Below, piece after piece: positions 38,056-52,308 of a stretch of DNA of 64,000 nt; the first letter of the stretch is position 1, and each line of letters opens with the position of its first letter. The position numbers and the translations under genes are program-made. The notes under the pieces were generated by a model. That model worked only from the letters and a program-made list of their open reading frames with translations, did no database searches and was not told the DNA's origin. The stretch comes from Eledone cirrhosa (lineage: Eukaryota): positions 110,112,001 through 110,176,000 of the forward strand of contig OZ024745.1 of NCBI GenBank assembly GCA_964016885.1, read 5' to 3'.

Positions 38056-38450
38056 ATGGACTAGATCCTTCACAAATCAACTGACAAAATTAAAGAACTT
38101 AGCTTCACTCTAAGAAAGTCTACTTCCCCTTTTCACCCAGCCAAAACAATAATGGATACACATTATGTTAATGATATTGCTCTCCTCTCAGACATAATAT
38201 CAAATGCTATCCCCTTCTATATCACCTTGAAAGATCCCTCAGAGGACACCGGTTTCTATGTTAATGTCTCAAAATTATATTATACCTACTACAATAACAA
38301 GGGCTCAATAGGCACAAACAAAACCTTTTAAAATCTGTGGAATCCTTCATATACATAGGAAGCAACTTTACATCCACAGAAAAGGATGTAAAAATTCCAT
38401 CTCACAAAAACATGGATTTATTCTGAAGGACCACAGTCTTCTGGAAGTCA
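38056..38450 (+). pseudogene. Decayed LINE reverse-transcriptase fragment (RTE/RTE-X-like)
   Basis: D*ILHKSTDKIKELSFTL...HPAKTIMDTHYVNDIALLSD (degenerate YADD)...GFYVNVSK...LKSVESFIYIGSNFTSTEKDV..LTKTW, read across frameshifts. Confidence 0.85.
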
Positions 38451-39151
38451 TCACGATAATATGTAACATTTTTTCTCTAACAAAAGGATAAGTAACGATC
38501 AAACATCACTAATTTAGGATGGGGGAAGGTCTTTATTTTCACTGAGGACATAACGATCAATCCAGTGCTATGGAAACGATAAAAAGAACCCAGTACACTG
38601 GGTTAAAGGGGTTGCCATTAGGAAGGTGATCCATTCATAGAAATAATGGTAAAATTGGAACATATTAGTTAACTGTGGTTGTCCAAACCATCTAGTTTCA
38701 CACTGTGACAACCCATTCAACATATGGTAGCATGGAAGGCAAACATATTTATAAAGATCAGGATGATGATGATAATGATGACACATTGGACAATGGAGTT
38801 CCTGGTAAACAAAAAAAGACAGGATGGTTATACTGGGGTGTTCCAGATCATAGATCAACTCAATGGAGTTAGACCTGGGGCTATAGAACAGCAGTTTCAA
38901 AATACAAAAGTAAATATACATGCAATAATAACATATTGGATAATAGCATTACTGCCTTAAGTATAAAAATAAATTCTGCCTGGTGTTGCGTACACAGCCA
39001 GGAATAAAACATCTGACAATGCTCTCAGAAATCAAACTGATTGAAATGCAGTTTAAACATATATATAAAATAATTAAACAGAAAAAATGAAACGAAATTT
39101 CATTTCCCACTCTTAGTACGGCTGTTACTTAAATATAAGTATGTACACGTA

Positions 39152-39565
39152 CATGGTGGCTGCCAACTCGTTTTCGAGTACGGCCACTACTTTATATCCA
39201 TGTAGGAGAACCCCTACCGATGCGCTGAACGAGTGTGACTTTTGAGTCCAGCCAGCGACTTGAAAACTCTGGTACAAACACTACACCTGTGACAATTATT
39301 GACACACAGTGCTGGGCCCATGGTACCATGTGATGACAAGTGCAGAGAGATCTCCAGATATAAAGCAATGCCTGTGCCGTGAAGCTTTTATAGTGAGCAA
39401 AGGCATTGCACAAAGCCAGTCCCACTCTCTTAACCAAGATGATATTTACCAAAAAGAAGAACAAGTCAACATCATTGGATACCATCAGGGTTGCAGGTGT
39501 TATATCAGAGTTTTCCTTCTCCTAGAATTCTGCCTTGACAAAGGCTAAGGGGTCATCTCTCCCGT
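39152..39565. mobile_element. Higher-GC retroelement-like remnant
   Basis: Begins catggtggctgccaactcgttttcgagtacggccac, similar to 63945-63985, and ends cagagttttccttctcctag; family not assigned. Confidence 0.4.
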
Positions 39566-39575
39566 ATACATATAT

Positions 39576-39886
39576 GTATGTACACGTACATACATATATG
39601 TATACAGACGTACAGTAGTATGTATATATATATACATACATGCACACATATATATATGTACGTATGGATTCACCGAAAATTTATTATAATGCTCGGTGTG
39701 TTTGGAAACAAACATCCCGTATTATCCCGCTACGGCTTAATACGGGATGTTTGTTTCCAAACACACCGAGCATTATAATAAATTTTCGGTGAATCCATAC
39801 GTACATATATATATGTGTGCATGTATGTATATATATATACATACTACTGTACGTCTGTATACATATATGTATGTACGTGTACATAC
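39576..39886. repeat. Perfect long palindrome (149-bp arms, 13-nt loop)
   Basis: 39576-39724 is the reverse complement of 39738-39886 with no mismatch seen; the two opposite-strand ORFs in the track are near-identical. Confidence 0.97.
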
Positions 39887-39897
39887 TTATATAAAAT

Positions 39898-40088
39898 AAT
39901 TGTTTCTACTTTTGGCACAAGGCCAGCAATTATGGTACTTTATTATGGTACTTTATTTTATCGACCCCGTAAGGATGAAAGGCAAAGTTAACCTCAGCGG
40001 GATTTGAACTCAGACCATAAAGGACCGTAACTCTTTGCTGCAAAGCATGGCGCCCGACCCTCTACTGATACTGCCAATCCACTGCCTT
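39898..40088 (-). mobile_element. SINE family A
   Basis: Full A/B boxes; tatataaaataat on both flanks; small internal duplication of tatggtacttt. Confidence 0.93.
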
Positions 40089-40952
40089 TACGTATATATA
40101 AAATAATGTTTCGTCGTTATTTAATTCATAACATACAGTAAAGATTTAGCAGAAAATGTTTAAAAAACAGGATTCTTAATTGAAATATTTCTCATATATT
40201 TACTAGTAAATACATTGTTGTGAAAATCTGTAATATTAGAGTAAATACTTTAATTTTTTTAATGTGAGGTAGTCATGATACTGTTTTATACTTTTCAAAA
40301 ATGTCTTACTAATATGCTCTTGGCATGGTGACAAAGAAATTTGAGAATTCCCTGTTGAAGATAGACATTGCACCAGGGATTGAACTGCTTCAGAGGACAT
40401 GCCTACTGGTAACATCTTGAATATTGAGACAGGTTCTTGACTACCAGCAGGAATGAAATGATAAGAAATGATATGCAAAAAATGGAGTAACCTTAGGTTA
40501 CTAGGTGTAGCCCTGTATTCCTTAAAATAACCAGCCTAAAGTAACATCAAAACTGGTTGCGATAAATAGTCAAACAATAATTATAATGGTTTCTGGTTTA
40601 GGCATAAGGCCAATAAGTTGGGGGTGGGGAGGAGAAAGTGTATTAAATCGACCCCAGAGCATTACTGGTACTTTATTTTAGTGATCTCACAAGTATGAAA
40701 GGCAAAGCTAACCTCATTGTGATTTCAACTCATATCTATATGCCATGGAGGATATTGACCAACAGTCTATCAACACTGTGGTGAAATAATACTAACCTCA
40801 GTACTTGATTGGTAATTTATTTTATTGACCACAGAAGAATGTAAGGGACAGGTAATCTTGGTGGGATTTGAACTAAGAACATAAAGAGTGAACAATTACT
40901 GTGAAGCATTTATCTGATGTTTTAACAACTCTGCCAATCCACCTCTTTGATG

Positions 40953-41053
40953 ATAATAATAATAATAACAATAATAATAATAACATTAATAATAATTATT
41001 ATTTATTTTTGATAAAATTCATAGTAATAATAATAAAAATAATTATTTATTTT

Positions 41054-41102
<49 letters not shown>

Positions 41103-41106
41103 TAAT
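40953..41106. repeat. (AAT)n microsatellite cluster
   Basis: Read directly from the sequence. Confidence 0.9.
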
Positions 41107-42261
41107 ATTCAGTCAACTATTGAGTTTCTCTACTTTCTTTTATAACTTTTTGTTGCCTTTTTATCTTTTTTTGTTTTCCTAAAAGCATGTAACAAGAAAT
41201 GGCTTTGTGCTTTAGTATAATTTATTTGGATAAAATAACTGATAAAATAGGCTAGTCAGGAATAATGAAAAGAAATAAAAAGAGAAGTAATGATGGCTAT
41301 AATAAAAGCATACCAAAATTGTTTTACATTCATTCTATTTCTATTGATTGATAGTCTATTTTGTGAAAATGCAAATATGTGTGAAGCTTCTGGTGATTTC
41401 ATCCCAGTCATAAGCTTTTATTTTTATTTTTTCTTTTGTATTTAATGAACAGATGGACAAGTGTTTATAAACTGTTCAACAGTACAGATGCTTAACTGTG
41501 AAAGAAGCCTAATGAAATGGCAGTTTAAAACGATAACATGAAACCAGACGGTAACATCAGTTGAGTGAATAGTAATAATTTCAAAAACACAAATACCAGA
41601 TGACCTAATATGTCTTAATTATTTGAGAGCATCTCCTCTATTCAATATGAGAAAGCAATAATATAGCTGGGTACACACTTCTAAGAAAAAAAAAAAAGAA
41701 TTAATGTATGAAACTAGTTAGCAGAAAATGGCTATGATAGTTAGCAATGAGTGCTATTAATTAAATGAATTATTTTAAAATCAGAGTGATGTGTCAAAGC
41801 AGATGAATAAATAAATGAATAAATAAATAAATAAAATAATTATTTCAAATTTAGCTTTTCTAATTATTTTATTTCTAATGAAAGTGTAGAGCAATGTTTA
41901 AAATATGTCAAAACATTCCAGTAGAAATTAATTATATCAATGGAACTAAGACAGAAATGAAGGTTTTAATATAAAGACTTTATTGTGCATCACTATCATT
42001 AATTCCCCCAATACAATATATTCAAATACTGACCACATATAATGGGTATTATTTTATGTAATAGAAAAATATATCTTCTAATGTACATGAACTTCACATC
42101 TCACCTAAAATAATCTAAAATAATATATATATTTAACAGAGTGTTATAGTTGGGATTATCAAATGTGCTAAGGTAAGATTATTTTGTTATCTTAGCAAAC
42201 TTGATTTTCTTTCTAGTGCATTGTATGGTTTTAATATTATTGAAATATATATATAGATATA

Positions 42262-42402
42262 GATAGATATGGCTTCCACAGGACTAGAACTGATTCATTT
42301 GAAGGAAACAGTTCTAGTCCTGTAGAAGCAATTTTTATATTAAACATTTATACTCTATGTATTGAGTAGCTTACTTACTGTAGTTATCCATGATTGAACC
42401 TG
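42262..42402 (+). mobile_element. Fold-back element family H1, copy 3 (centre deleted)
   Basis: ggcttccacaggactagaactgattc...GAAA-cagttctagtcctg-TA-gaagc...cttacttactgtagttatcc..attgaacc, flanked by (TA)/(CA) repeats. Confidence 0.75.
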
Positions 42403-42416
42403 ACACACACACACAC

Positions 42417-42454
<38 letters not shown>

Positions 42455-42543
42455 AAAGGTAAACAGAAATAACAACACAATCGGTACAGTATATAAAAGG
42501 GATATATTAGGTTAATGCTTGATATAGCAGGAAATATATATAT

Positions 42544-43272
42544 ATAACTAGAAATTGATTAACATATATATAAATAAATATAAATATGAATAATCACAGG
42601 AGATAATTTTTACAAGCGTGTAACCACGTATATAATTTTGGATATAGATATATAAATACGGCTCCTTAATTGTAGAGCTAACTCTGTTGAAAGGAATTGA
42701 CTGCTGTTTCTAGTTGTCAAATACCTATTCACGCCACTGAGACGAAGCCACTGTGATGTGTAAAAACAACACGTGGTAGCGGCCAGTTGAAGATTTGAAC
42801 TCGCCGTGTAAACATGGATTGCTGGAATATTGTTCTTCCTTGTTGATAATCCAATAATTGTTTCTACTTTAGGCACAAGGCCAGAAATTACCCAGTGCAT
42901 TACTGGTACTTTATTCTATCGACCCCGTAAGGATAAAAGGCAAAGTCAACCTCGGCGGGATTTGAACTCAGATCGTAAAGGGACGTAACTATGCTGGAAA
43001 GCATGGCGTCCGACCCTCTATCGATACTGCCAATAATCCAATAATATCCACTTTCTGTGACTTACCATCTGATTAATTGGTGAAATATATTTCTTTAATG
43101 GAATATATACAGGGAAGATTAATCATTAAAAGGTATCTATTTTTGAAGTTCTAGTTAACTTTATTTATTTGTTACCTACTAGCCATGCGTGGTTACACGC
43201 TTGTAAAAATTATCTCCTGTGATTATTCATGTTTATATTTATTTATATATATGTTAATCAATTTCTAGTTAT
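42544..43272. repeat. 85-bp inverted repeat pair ~560 bp apart
   Basis: 42544-42628 is the reverse complement of 43188-43272 with 1 mismatch. Confidence 0.93.
42859..43032 (-). mobile_element. SINE family A with 13-bp TSD
   Basis: ataatccaataat at 42846-42858 and 43033-43045. Confidence 0.95.
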
Positions 43273-43772
43273 TATAAAATGCTCGGACCTACAAAATCTT
43301 TGAGCTTATTTTCTGGGCGATATGGCGCACGCCGTTATGGTATGACACCCACAATTTCGATTTGGATTAAATTCATTTAATTTATCTTAATTTTGGATAT
43401 ATATATACATTTGGCCCAGGCAATTTGCCTGATCCAATGAATGATAATATATATATATATATATATAAAGATTTCATGATGAGTATTTTGTTGTTTGGTC
43501 ATCTGAATTACCTACTTCTTGTAATAGTTTGTAATAGGCTGAGTATTCCACAGAATATGTGCTCTTAATATAATTCTTAGATAGACACGAATTCATAATA
43601 AACCTGTACCTTTGAATTACATGTACGATATACCTGATAGGCTTCCATACATTTTCGATTTACTCGATTTAACTCACAATGCTTAGGTGAACCCACGACT
43701 GTGGCGAAAGTTATTTAAACAAATAGCACACATTGTTTCTGTAATAATAATAATAATATATATATATATTAA

Positions 43773-43954
43773 TGGCAGTATCGGTAGAGGGTCGGACGCC
43801 ATGCTTTCTAGCATAGTTACGTCCCTTTACGATCTGAGTTCAAATCCCGCCGAGGTTGACTTTGCCTTTCATCCTTACGGGGTCGATAAAATAAAGTACC
43901 AGTAATGCACTGGATAATTGCTGGCCTTGTGCCTAAAGTAGAAACAATTATTAT
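43773..43954 (+). mobile_element. SINE family A
   Basis: Near-identical to the trimer units. Confidence 0.95.
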
Positions 43955-45448
43955 TACAGAAACAAGTTATTACCTATTTCTTTTAAAACATTAATCCAAT
44001 TTAATTGACACAAAGAACAGTAGCTATATCTTTTATTTATTCTCAATCTCATGAAATATTTGTTATCTGTATAATGTAGATAACTAGCACAATTATATAG
44101 TTCACATTTTATAATACATGTCTAACAAACAATTGCTAGATATTTCTTCAAAACCAAATAACTGCAGAAGATTCATAGATAGAAAGGTAATGAGTGATTA
44201 AGTGTAATTCATGTTCTTACATATTCGATGCATACTCTAACATATATACAATGGAGAAAACCAAATTGAGGATAAACAACAAATACATATTAACTCGAAT
44301 GATTTCCTATTTTGTTTGTTTATTCAAAGGAGTCTTTTAGAATAATCTCCTGCTTGCTTTTCCCCTCTCCTTTCATTGAAATATGTCTGTATGATTTCAG
44401 TTCTGTCACAGAGATATACCACACATGAACAGGTTTCCACACTACATTTCATAAATTCTTACAACCAGAACATTGAATTGTCACTAAATCTGACAACAAT
44501 ACCAGGAAACTTTTCAAAAAGAACCACTCAGCAGCATATAATCATTCAATCAGTTACCCACCCCACTTTCTCCCCTATTTTTCTGCCATCTTCTGCCAAT
44601 ATATTTTCGTTCTTTTCTTATTTTGAAAAAAATTATAAAAGAAAATCTACTGAAATGTATGTGTTGATATGATGTCTTCAACCTTTTCATTATCAATGCT
44701 TATTTTTACTCCTTTTCTTTTTTTTACATTTTCTCTTAGATTATACAATGTGTGTGTGTGTGTGTGTTTGTGTGGTGTATATATATATATATATATTTTA
44801 CTTTAGAAAGGTAGATAGAACAAATGTTTTGATAGCGAAATCTTAAAAATGATTAGACCAAGAAAATAAAAATATTTTTTTATATATATATATATATATT
44901 CGGAGGATTTTATCATTTTCCAAAAATATATGAACTTCGGCTAGAAGAACTATGATTGAAGTTTTATCAACAGATTGTTTTTTTTTCTTTTGTGTTTTTG
45001 TACTAGTATTTATGTTTATTTTGATTCTTTTTTTTTTTTTTTTAATATATCAAATTATAGAAATGGAATGAAACTGATAATAACAGAGAAATAACTTGTA
45101 TTTTAAAAAAAAGCTAAAATGGAAATGATAGTGAAAACAGTAGAATCAGGAATCTAGTCCTAAAGACAAGTTCGTAGTTAGTTATAGATAAAAAAGACTA
45201 TATGTTTTTTTGTCTAAGGTTTTCTGGGAATTTGATAAAAGTTATATAATAATATCTATAATAAAAAATATTTAACATTTTAACAAAATCATTTTCTTAA
45301 AAGAATTATCTTTCTAATGTCCTCTTAGTTTTATAAACTTTGTGTAATATATTCACTTAGTGAGAAACTATTCAGTTATAAAATTGAATATGGTCGCTTG
45401 TTTATTGTTTTAGTCAGCATTTTTTATTGACCAAGATATCTCTCAATG

Positions 45449-45669
45449 TTAAGCCTTTAGCATTTAAACTGGCTGTATCCAGCCAGAATTCTCTCACCAT
45501 TTTCTGTTCAAACTGGCTGCATTCATAGTAATGCTAAGGTATTGTTTTCAAAATAAATAACATCAAAATCTTATAGATTCAATATTTTGTGAGATAATTA
45601 TGTGAGGTAAAACCTTTACTGTAAAAATACAATAGTAAATATAGAGTAATGTAAATGTTAAAGAATTAA
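45449..45669 (+). mobile_element. piggyBac-type MITE (family D)
   Basis: TTAA-bounded homologue of 35834-36049. Confidence 0.85.
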
Positions 45670-46357
45670 ACGTATCTACACACCAGAGAAACAATGTCTT
45701 CTTCTTCTTTGCCCAGTTATTCCTGATAAAAAAAAACCAAAGAAACAAAAAGCTTATACAATTATTCGAATTATATATAACAAAGCTGAAATGATGAGAA
45801 GTTGAAGATTTGAGGATTTGAGATGCGGGATGAATAAATTTGAAGAGGAATTTTGAAAAGATCATTGATAATTTTAAGATGAATTGAAGCGTTCTGAATG
45901 CCCATTTGAGTCATACCTTCTTGTTTAAATGGGTTGTAGAAAAGTTGTGTTGATAATATGTGAAATGCTGCCATCAAGAATTAACTTGACAAAATTTTCA
46001 TAGTTTTATGATTAATGGTTATAACTGAATAGTTAATTTGATTTTTTTAAATAATGTTTTTTCCTCAGCAAAATACAATGTCAAAAACTAAAGAAGGTTA
46101 AACAAAGTTTACCAAGGCAAAATGAGTGAACGTATTTCAGCTATTTTAAAAAATTTTTATAATGAATTGATGAAACAAAAATGTTTAATTTGAATATTGT
46201 GATTTTGATTCTCACCTGCAAATAAAAATTTCATGCAATCTTAAAATAGTTTATAAAAGAGAATAGTTCATAAACAAGAATGATAACAGCAATAAAACAT
46301 TCTGAAAATAGTTATATTTAAGTGTAAAAAACAAAAATCATAAACAAAATTTATAAT

Positions 46358-46583
46358 TTAACCCTTTAGTATTTAAACGGGCCATATCTGGCCAGAATTC
46401 TCTCACTTCTTTCTGTTCAAACCGACTGTAACCAGCTGCTCATACTGATGTTGAGGCATTGTTCTCAAAATAAATATCAAAATCTCATAGATTCGATATT
46501 ATGTGAGATAATTATGAGAGATAAAGCCTTTACCACAAAACTACAATAGTAAATATAGTGTAATGTAAATGCTAAAGTTTTAA
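46358..46583 (+). mobile_element. piggyBac-type MITE (family D)
   Basis: TTAACCCTTTAGTATTTA...TAAATGCTAAAGTTTTAA. Confidence 0.85.
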
Positions 46584-47747
46584 ATGAGAATTTTAATAAA
46601 ACTAAATATTTATGTGATACAGAATTAAGTTATAAGATAGATATTTTAACGTTTCAAACAATATTAAAATTTCATCTACCAAAAGCAAATTATTCCACTA
46701 ATACTTCTTTGATAGAAAACTTGAATTTGTTATTTACAGTGATGTATAAACTGTCATTTCCTCTAAAGTGGGTTTATACCGGGAAAAGACAATAAGAAAA
46801 CATGGTACTGCTAATTTGTTGTCTATGTTATGGGTGGAATATAACCAAGGTTCTTGGGGCATCAGATAGAATGTTTTGCCATATTAATTTTGGTTGTTTT
46901 GAGCTCCAAGTTCAAATCCCACTGAAGCCAATTTTGACTTCCATCCTTTCAGAGTTGATAAATAAAATACCAGTCAACTACTTGGGTAACATCTACACAC
47001 ACAAACACATGCACACACATTCTCTCTCTCTCTCTGGAAGAAATTAGCTGTGGTCAAACCTGGAGATGGAGGAGTGCTGTTAGATTTAAAATGCCCAAGA
47101 TACACTGTCTGACAGCCCACTTACAACTTTATTAGGATATATAGGATCACTGACATGGCATATACAAGGATACACAATCAGATGAAGCCAATCCCTGGTG
47201 TAAATACTTTGTTTCAGAAATCATTTCTGGTTAAGACAACAAATTTTATTATTGGAGCTCTCCTGCTTTTCCTATATCAGCCAATCATCAGTTTTGAATA
47301 CTTATATGCATATGTATATGAATGTAAAAATTCATTTATGTACTCATGTACATTATGTGTTTGCATCTGTGTTTTGATTCATCTTTATATGTGTAAGATC
47401 ATTATTTATACTTGCTTTTCAAAGGGTTGAACAAGTCATTACAAACCAAGTCAATGCTTAATCGAAGCTACTAGATCCTTTGTCAGGTCAGAGAATCATG
47501 TTTTGTTTAATATGTTCCATTTTTTGCAAGTGGATGCTCTTTCAAATGTCTTATAGATGGCTGAATGATTAAGAAACCAAAGAAGGTTCATTCTAGACAA
47601 CTAGTCATATAAAAAGAACTCAATATATTTGCATGTAGAGTGAAATATTTTATTTATACAATCTCCTACAATTGTACAAACAATTTAATCTGTTATTAAT
47701 GCATCAGCTTTGAAACGTTACCAGAAATGTAGCACACTGTGAAAATA

Positions 47748-47796
<49 letters not shown>

Positions 47797-48013
47797 TGAA
47801 TGCTTAGATATCTATGTATATATGTGTTTGGGCATTGTACACAGACAAAAGTTTTGGTGAGAAATAAACAAGAGAATACAGTCTAAGATTATGTTTGTTT
47901 GAATGTGTATCATTCATATATAGAAAAGAAATAATATTATAATGATATAAAATCAACAATAGAACAATACTCTCTCTCTCTCTGTATATATATTCTCTCT
48001 CTCACTCTGTGTG

Positions 48014-48052
<39 letters not shown>

Positions 48053-48286
48053 ATGGACAATTCAATAGTCCATTATATCTGTATCTATAGGTTTCTATAT
48101 GTGTTTTTCTATATGGGAACATGAATGAGTTTGTATGTATTATTAGTCATCAACAAATATCAATAGAATTATCATTGGCCATTATTTGCAGTCAATTTAT
48201 TACATTTGTTTTTAAAATGAAATGTTAATTTCCTTTGAAGGATTGTAGCAGACATTTATCAAAGAAGCAAAATAATACATATATAC

Positions 48287-48323
<37 letters not shown>

Positions 48324-49279
48324 TAATTTATATATTTATATATAAAATAAAAACTATGATCATAGCATCCATATTAGTCTGAAATCAAACTAAGGTTACT
48401 GACATTGGAGATAAACATCTTCATTTGTTGAATGTCCCTGCTAAGATTGCTTTATAAAAAAAAAAACTTAACCATCTTGCTTAATTCTAAAACAAAGAAA
48501 CAAACAAACTGCAACAAAATGATTTTGTTTTCGATTAATTTTATCATTTGTTTAATAAATAGGGCAAAAGAAGGAAGCGCCACCATAAACAGATAAGAAG
48601 CACACAACATTGATTGTCTATTGATATAACCCTATAATACTCAAGAGGAGTGAGAATTGCATGTAGAGATATTTTAAAAAAGAACAGACCTTTGCTGTGT
48701 TGGTGGAACTATCTCATCACCATCAACAATCCGTGATATCTATACACAAGAGTTGTTACAATAACTATCATTATTATCACCACTGCCAACATCATCCTTA
48801 TTACTAACATTATTCCCACTTTCACCGACATCAACAGCATCACTACCACTATCATTATCATCATTATAACAATCACCACAAACATCACCACCAACTCATC
48901 ATCAACTGCAGTAGCATTATCTAAGACATTTGGATATTTATTTCCATATTCAGTATGAAGTTAAACTCCATTTTATGCCATCCACATCGCTCACTAACAT
49001 TTCTTCTTCCATCACAATTTTTTTTTTTATTCCACCACAATTTATCAGTAGTATACTCAGTATAATATCTGTCCTATACTTCCTCATCATTATCAAATCA
49101 TGATTTCTACATCTCTAGTATCATCAGTTCCACTAGAATATAAGCCAGATAAGAAAATATTAGTTGAAAATGCGTCCATGCTATATAGAATTCCCCAGAA
49201 AACTAGGCAATTAATTAAGCAGATATTACTCATAACATAAAACAATACCAACATAAATAACATAAACAACATACACAAA

Positions 49280-49625
49280 TCATCATCATTGTTTAACGTC
49301 CATCTTCCATGCTAGCATGGGTTAGACGAGTTGCCCTGTTGTGAGACAAGCTAGGTCTGATAACAATGACTTGCTCATACAGGACTGGTTTTGGCTTGGA
49401 CTCTATGGCTGGATACCCTTCCTAATGCCAACCACATTTACAATGTCTTCTGGGTGCTTTTTGTTATGACACCTACATGACCACTCCACAGTATGGAATG
49501 GGCGCTTTTTGTCATGTCACCCACACAACCACTTTACACACTGGGCTGGTGCACTTTTTGTTGTGACACCTTCATGAACACTTTACAGTGTCGACTGGGC
49601 ACTTTTTGTTCTATTGCCATCATGA
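49280..49625 (-). mobile_element. Family B RTE-tail repeat with ~4 diverged internal units
   Basis: catcatcattgtttaacgtccatcttccatgctagcatgggttagac..., followed by repeated ctgggygcttttt..yaccactttacag units. Confidence 0.8.
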
Positions 49626-49849
49626 CTATTTTACAGTGTGAGCTAAGGACTTGGGTGGTGGGATTGGAGAGGTATATCCAGGGGTGTGAGTGCGGAGGCA
49701 GGGTGTTCAGGCATGGGTGGAGAGTTAGGACATGAGAGGTGCAAGAGGGGGAAGGACGTGGATGGGAGAGGGTTGTTAGAGCAGCATGGAGGTATATGGA
49801 AGGGGGAGGGAGAAAGTAGTGCGTATAAGATGTATGCTTCAACCTGTGC

Positions 49850-50305
49850 ACCCAAGTCTTCCTAGGTCTTCCTACACCATAGCTTCCATCAACATTGAGC
49901 CACCTGCACCTTTTTATACAGCTTTCATCCTTCATATGCATCACATGTCCATACCAGCACATTCTCCTCTCTTGCACACTGCATCTGACTCCTCATATAC
50001 CCAGTTTCTCTCTCAGTTCATTTATCATTTGCCATTCATGTATATTACTATTAAACATCCATTGAAGCATGGAAGCTTAATTTCTTTCCCGTCTTCATAG
50101 GTCCTTTGCACACAGCGCCCAGGTCTCACTGCCATGTAACATTGCTGTTTGTATACACACATCATACAATCTGCTCTTGATTTTGAGGGGGAAAACCTTT
50201 TTTTATGGCTAGCTGTGTTAGTAACTCCCTGAACTTTCGCCATCCCGTTTCCACTCTAGCTACAGTACTTTTGGAACATCCACCTCCACTGCTAATTTGG
50301 TTGTC
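49850..50305 (-). pseudogene. RTE LINE RT C-terminal fragment
   Basis: GGGCSKSTVARVETGWRKFRELL...KSRLYDVCIQTAMLHGSETWAL...LREKLGI...QERRMCWYGHVMHM...GRPRKTW. Confidence 0.92.
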
Positions 50306-50452
50306 CAATTAATGAAACTATCAAATCTTAAACAAAATAAATATATCACTGATGGTGTATAAATGTAAGAATTAATTTCTGGAAGTTAAGTCTGCGCAAA
50401 TCACATTTACCTTCTATAAAAGAGTTACAGATGTGAACAACACTTCTCATCC

Positions 50453-50668
50453 TTAACTCTTTAGCATTTACATTACTCTATATATACTATTGTATTTTCA
50501 CAGTAAAGGCTTTATCTCACATAATATCGAAGCTGCAAGATTTTCATGTTATTTATTTTGAGATCAATACTGTAACATTGGTATGAGCAGCCAATTACAG
50601 ACGGCTTGAACAGAAAGAGGTGAGAGAATACTGGCTGGATATGGCTGGTTTAAATACTAAAGGGTTAA
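50453..50668 (-). mobile_element. piggyBac-type MITE (family D)
   Basis: TTAA-bounded reverse copy. Confidence 0.87.
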
Positions 50669-52308
50669 GAATGGACAGGGAACGTCTAAAGGTATTGATA
50701 ATGTAAAGAACTCATGCAAATATGAGTTAAAAATGAAAGAAGTAGACAACTCACATTTTTAATACAACACAGATATATTGTATACATACACATGTACACA
50801 TGCATCAGAATTTGAATGGACCTTTGTTCCAGTTGTTCGATAAATAAAACAGAGTGCTTATGAAATTAACATGTAAGTGAATGAGTATGCCACAAATGTG
50901 TACTCTTCACGTAATCCTCTGGAAGACTCATCATGACAAAATGTTCAACAAAATCAACCCTTTTAATTACAGGTGCGATCCCTTGATAGGCTTCCAAAGA
51001 GTTTCTGTTAACCCAATTTCACTCAGGTGGCATGGAATGGAAAGCACTCCGTCAGTTACAATGATGAGTGTTCCAGTTGATCCAATCAATGTAACAGCTT
51101 GCTCGTGAAATTAATGTGCAAATGGCTGAGCATTCCAGAAACATGCATACCTTTAAAATAGTTCCCAGGGAGATTCAGTGTGACAAAAAGCCCTTCATGT
51201 TACATGTACAACTTATTTTTGCCAGCTGTTTGAAGCGGAGCAATGGGAAATAATGTGTCTTGCTGAAGGATACAGCACGCTGTTGGGAATCAAACTCATA
51301 ACCTTATGATTGTGAGCCGCAAAGCCACACGTGTTCATGGGTTGACTCGGGACTATGGTAAATGACACTTTTCAAAAATGCTACATTGTGGGATCGAAAC
51401 CCAGGGTACTATAACTGCAAAGCAAACTTCTTAATCATTCAGCCAAGCTGCATTAGCATACACATACTCAAACATACACACACATATAAGTGAACAAAAA
51501 CAAAATCATTCCAAGTTAAACAAAAATTGCAGCCTAACTCTAAATAAAATGTGTTTGAATAACTATTGCAGTAACAAGTAAATAAATAATTAAACTTGAT
51601 AATTGATATGATAAGATAGAGAAGATTTGAAAGATAGCTCACAAATATAAACTATATGTTAGTACAATTTGAAGAGAAATTTGAGAAATGGAAAACATTG
51701 ATATGTTTACTTTTACCTCAATTTGAAATTTAGGGCAAATTTGTTTACATATTTGATTGAGAAGAGAGAAGGAAAAGAGATAATTTTTGAAAGGCGTTGT
51801 TTTTTTTAAAAATATTACATTTGAAATAGTGTAAAAGCATACATTAAAAGAAAAATCTTTTGGTAGAGAAAAACTAAAAAAGATAAAGAGGGTTAGTCTC
51901 ACTTGAGTATTTATAACTTGAATGTCATACCATTCTTCTTGGCATCTCCCAAACTGGCTACCATCCAAGACAACTGACAGGATGGGAAATACAAACCCTT
52001 AGAATAGAACAAGGAATATGTCTGATGATGTTGCAATAAAAAAAAAAAAAAAAAATTATGAAGAAATTCCAAGTCATATAGGTTTGTAATGTATCAACTT
52101 GCCAAACCGAACACTGTTTTTTAAAGTCTGCAAACTCAAATTTGACATAGAAGAGGGATTTGATAATCTATTTACTATGAAATTTGAATGAAAATTGATT
52201 CAATTCAAACATAAAAACAAAAGTTAAAGTTGATTCATTATCAAAGAAACATCTGAATACAAAACTGCAAACAAGCCAGGGATATTAAGGGGTCTAATCA
52301 TAATAATA

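Noticed and set aside
40310-40440. Possible minus-strand exon (QEPVSIFKMLPVGMSSEAVQSLV...)
   Set aside because: No recognisable domain and no linked exons; the splice signals alone are insufficient.
42760-43120. Minus-strand YSIK...N*SDGKSQKV resembling the Helitron/Pif1 helicase motif NKSQGQSL
   Set aside because: The match is too short and degenerate, and it lies on the wrong side of the putative Helitron 3' end.
48709-48905. Hydrophobic M/V/I ORF resembling a membrane peptide
   Set aside because: It is a decayed (CAT/CAC/AAC)n trinucleotide tract.
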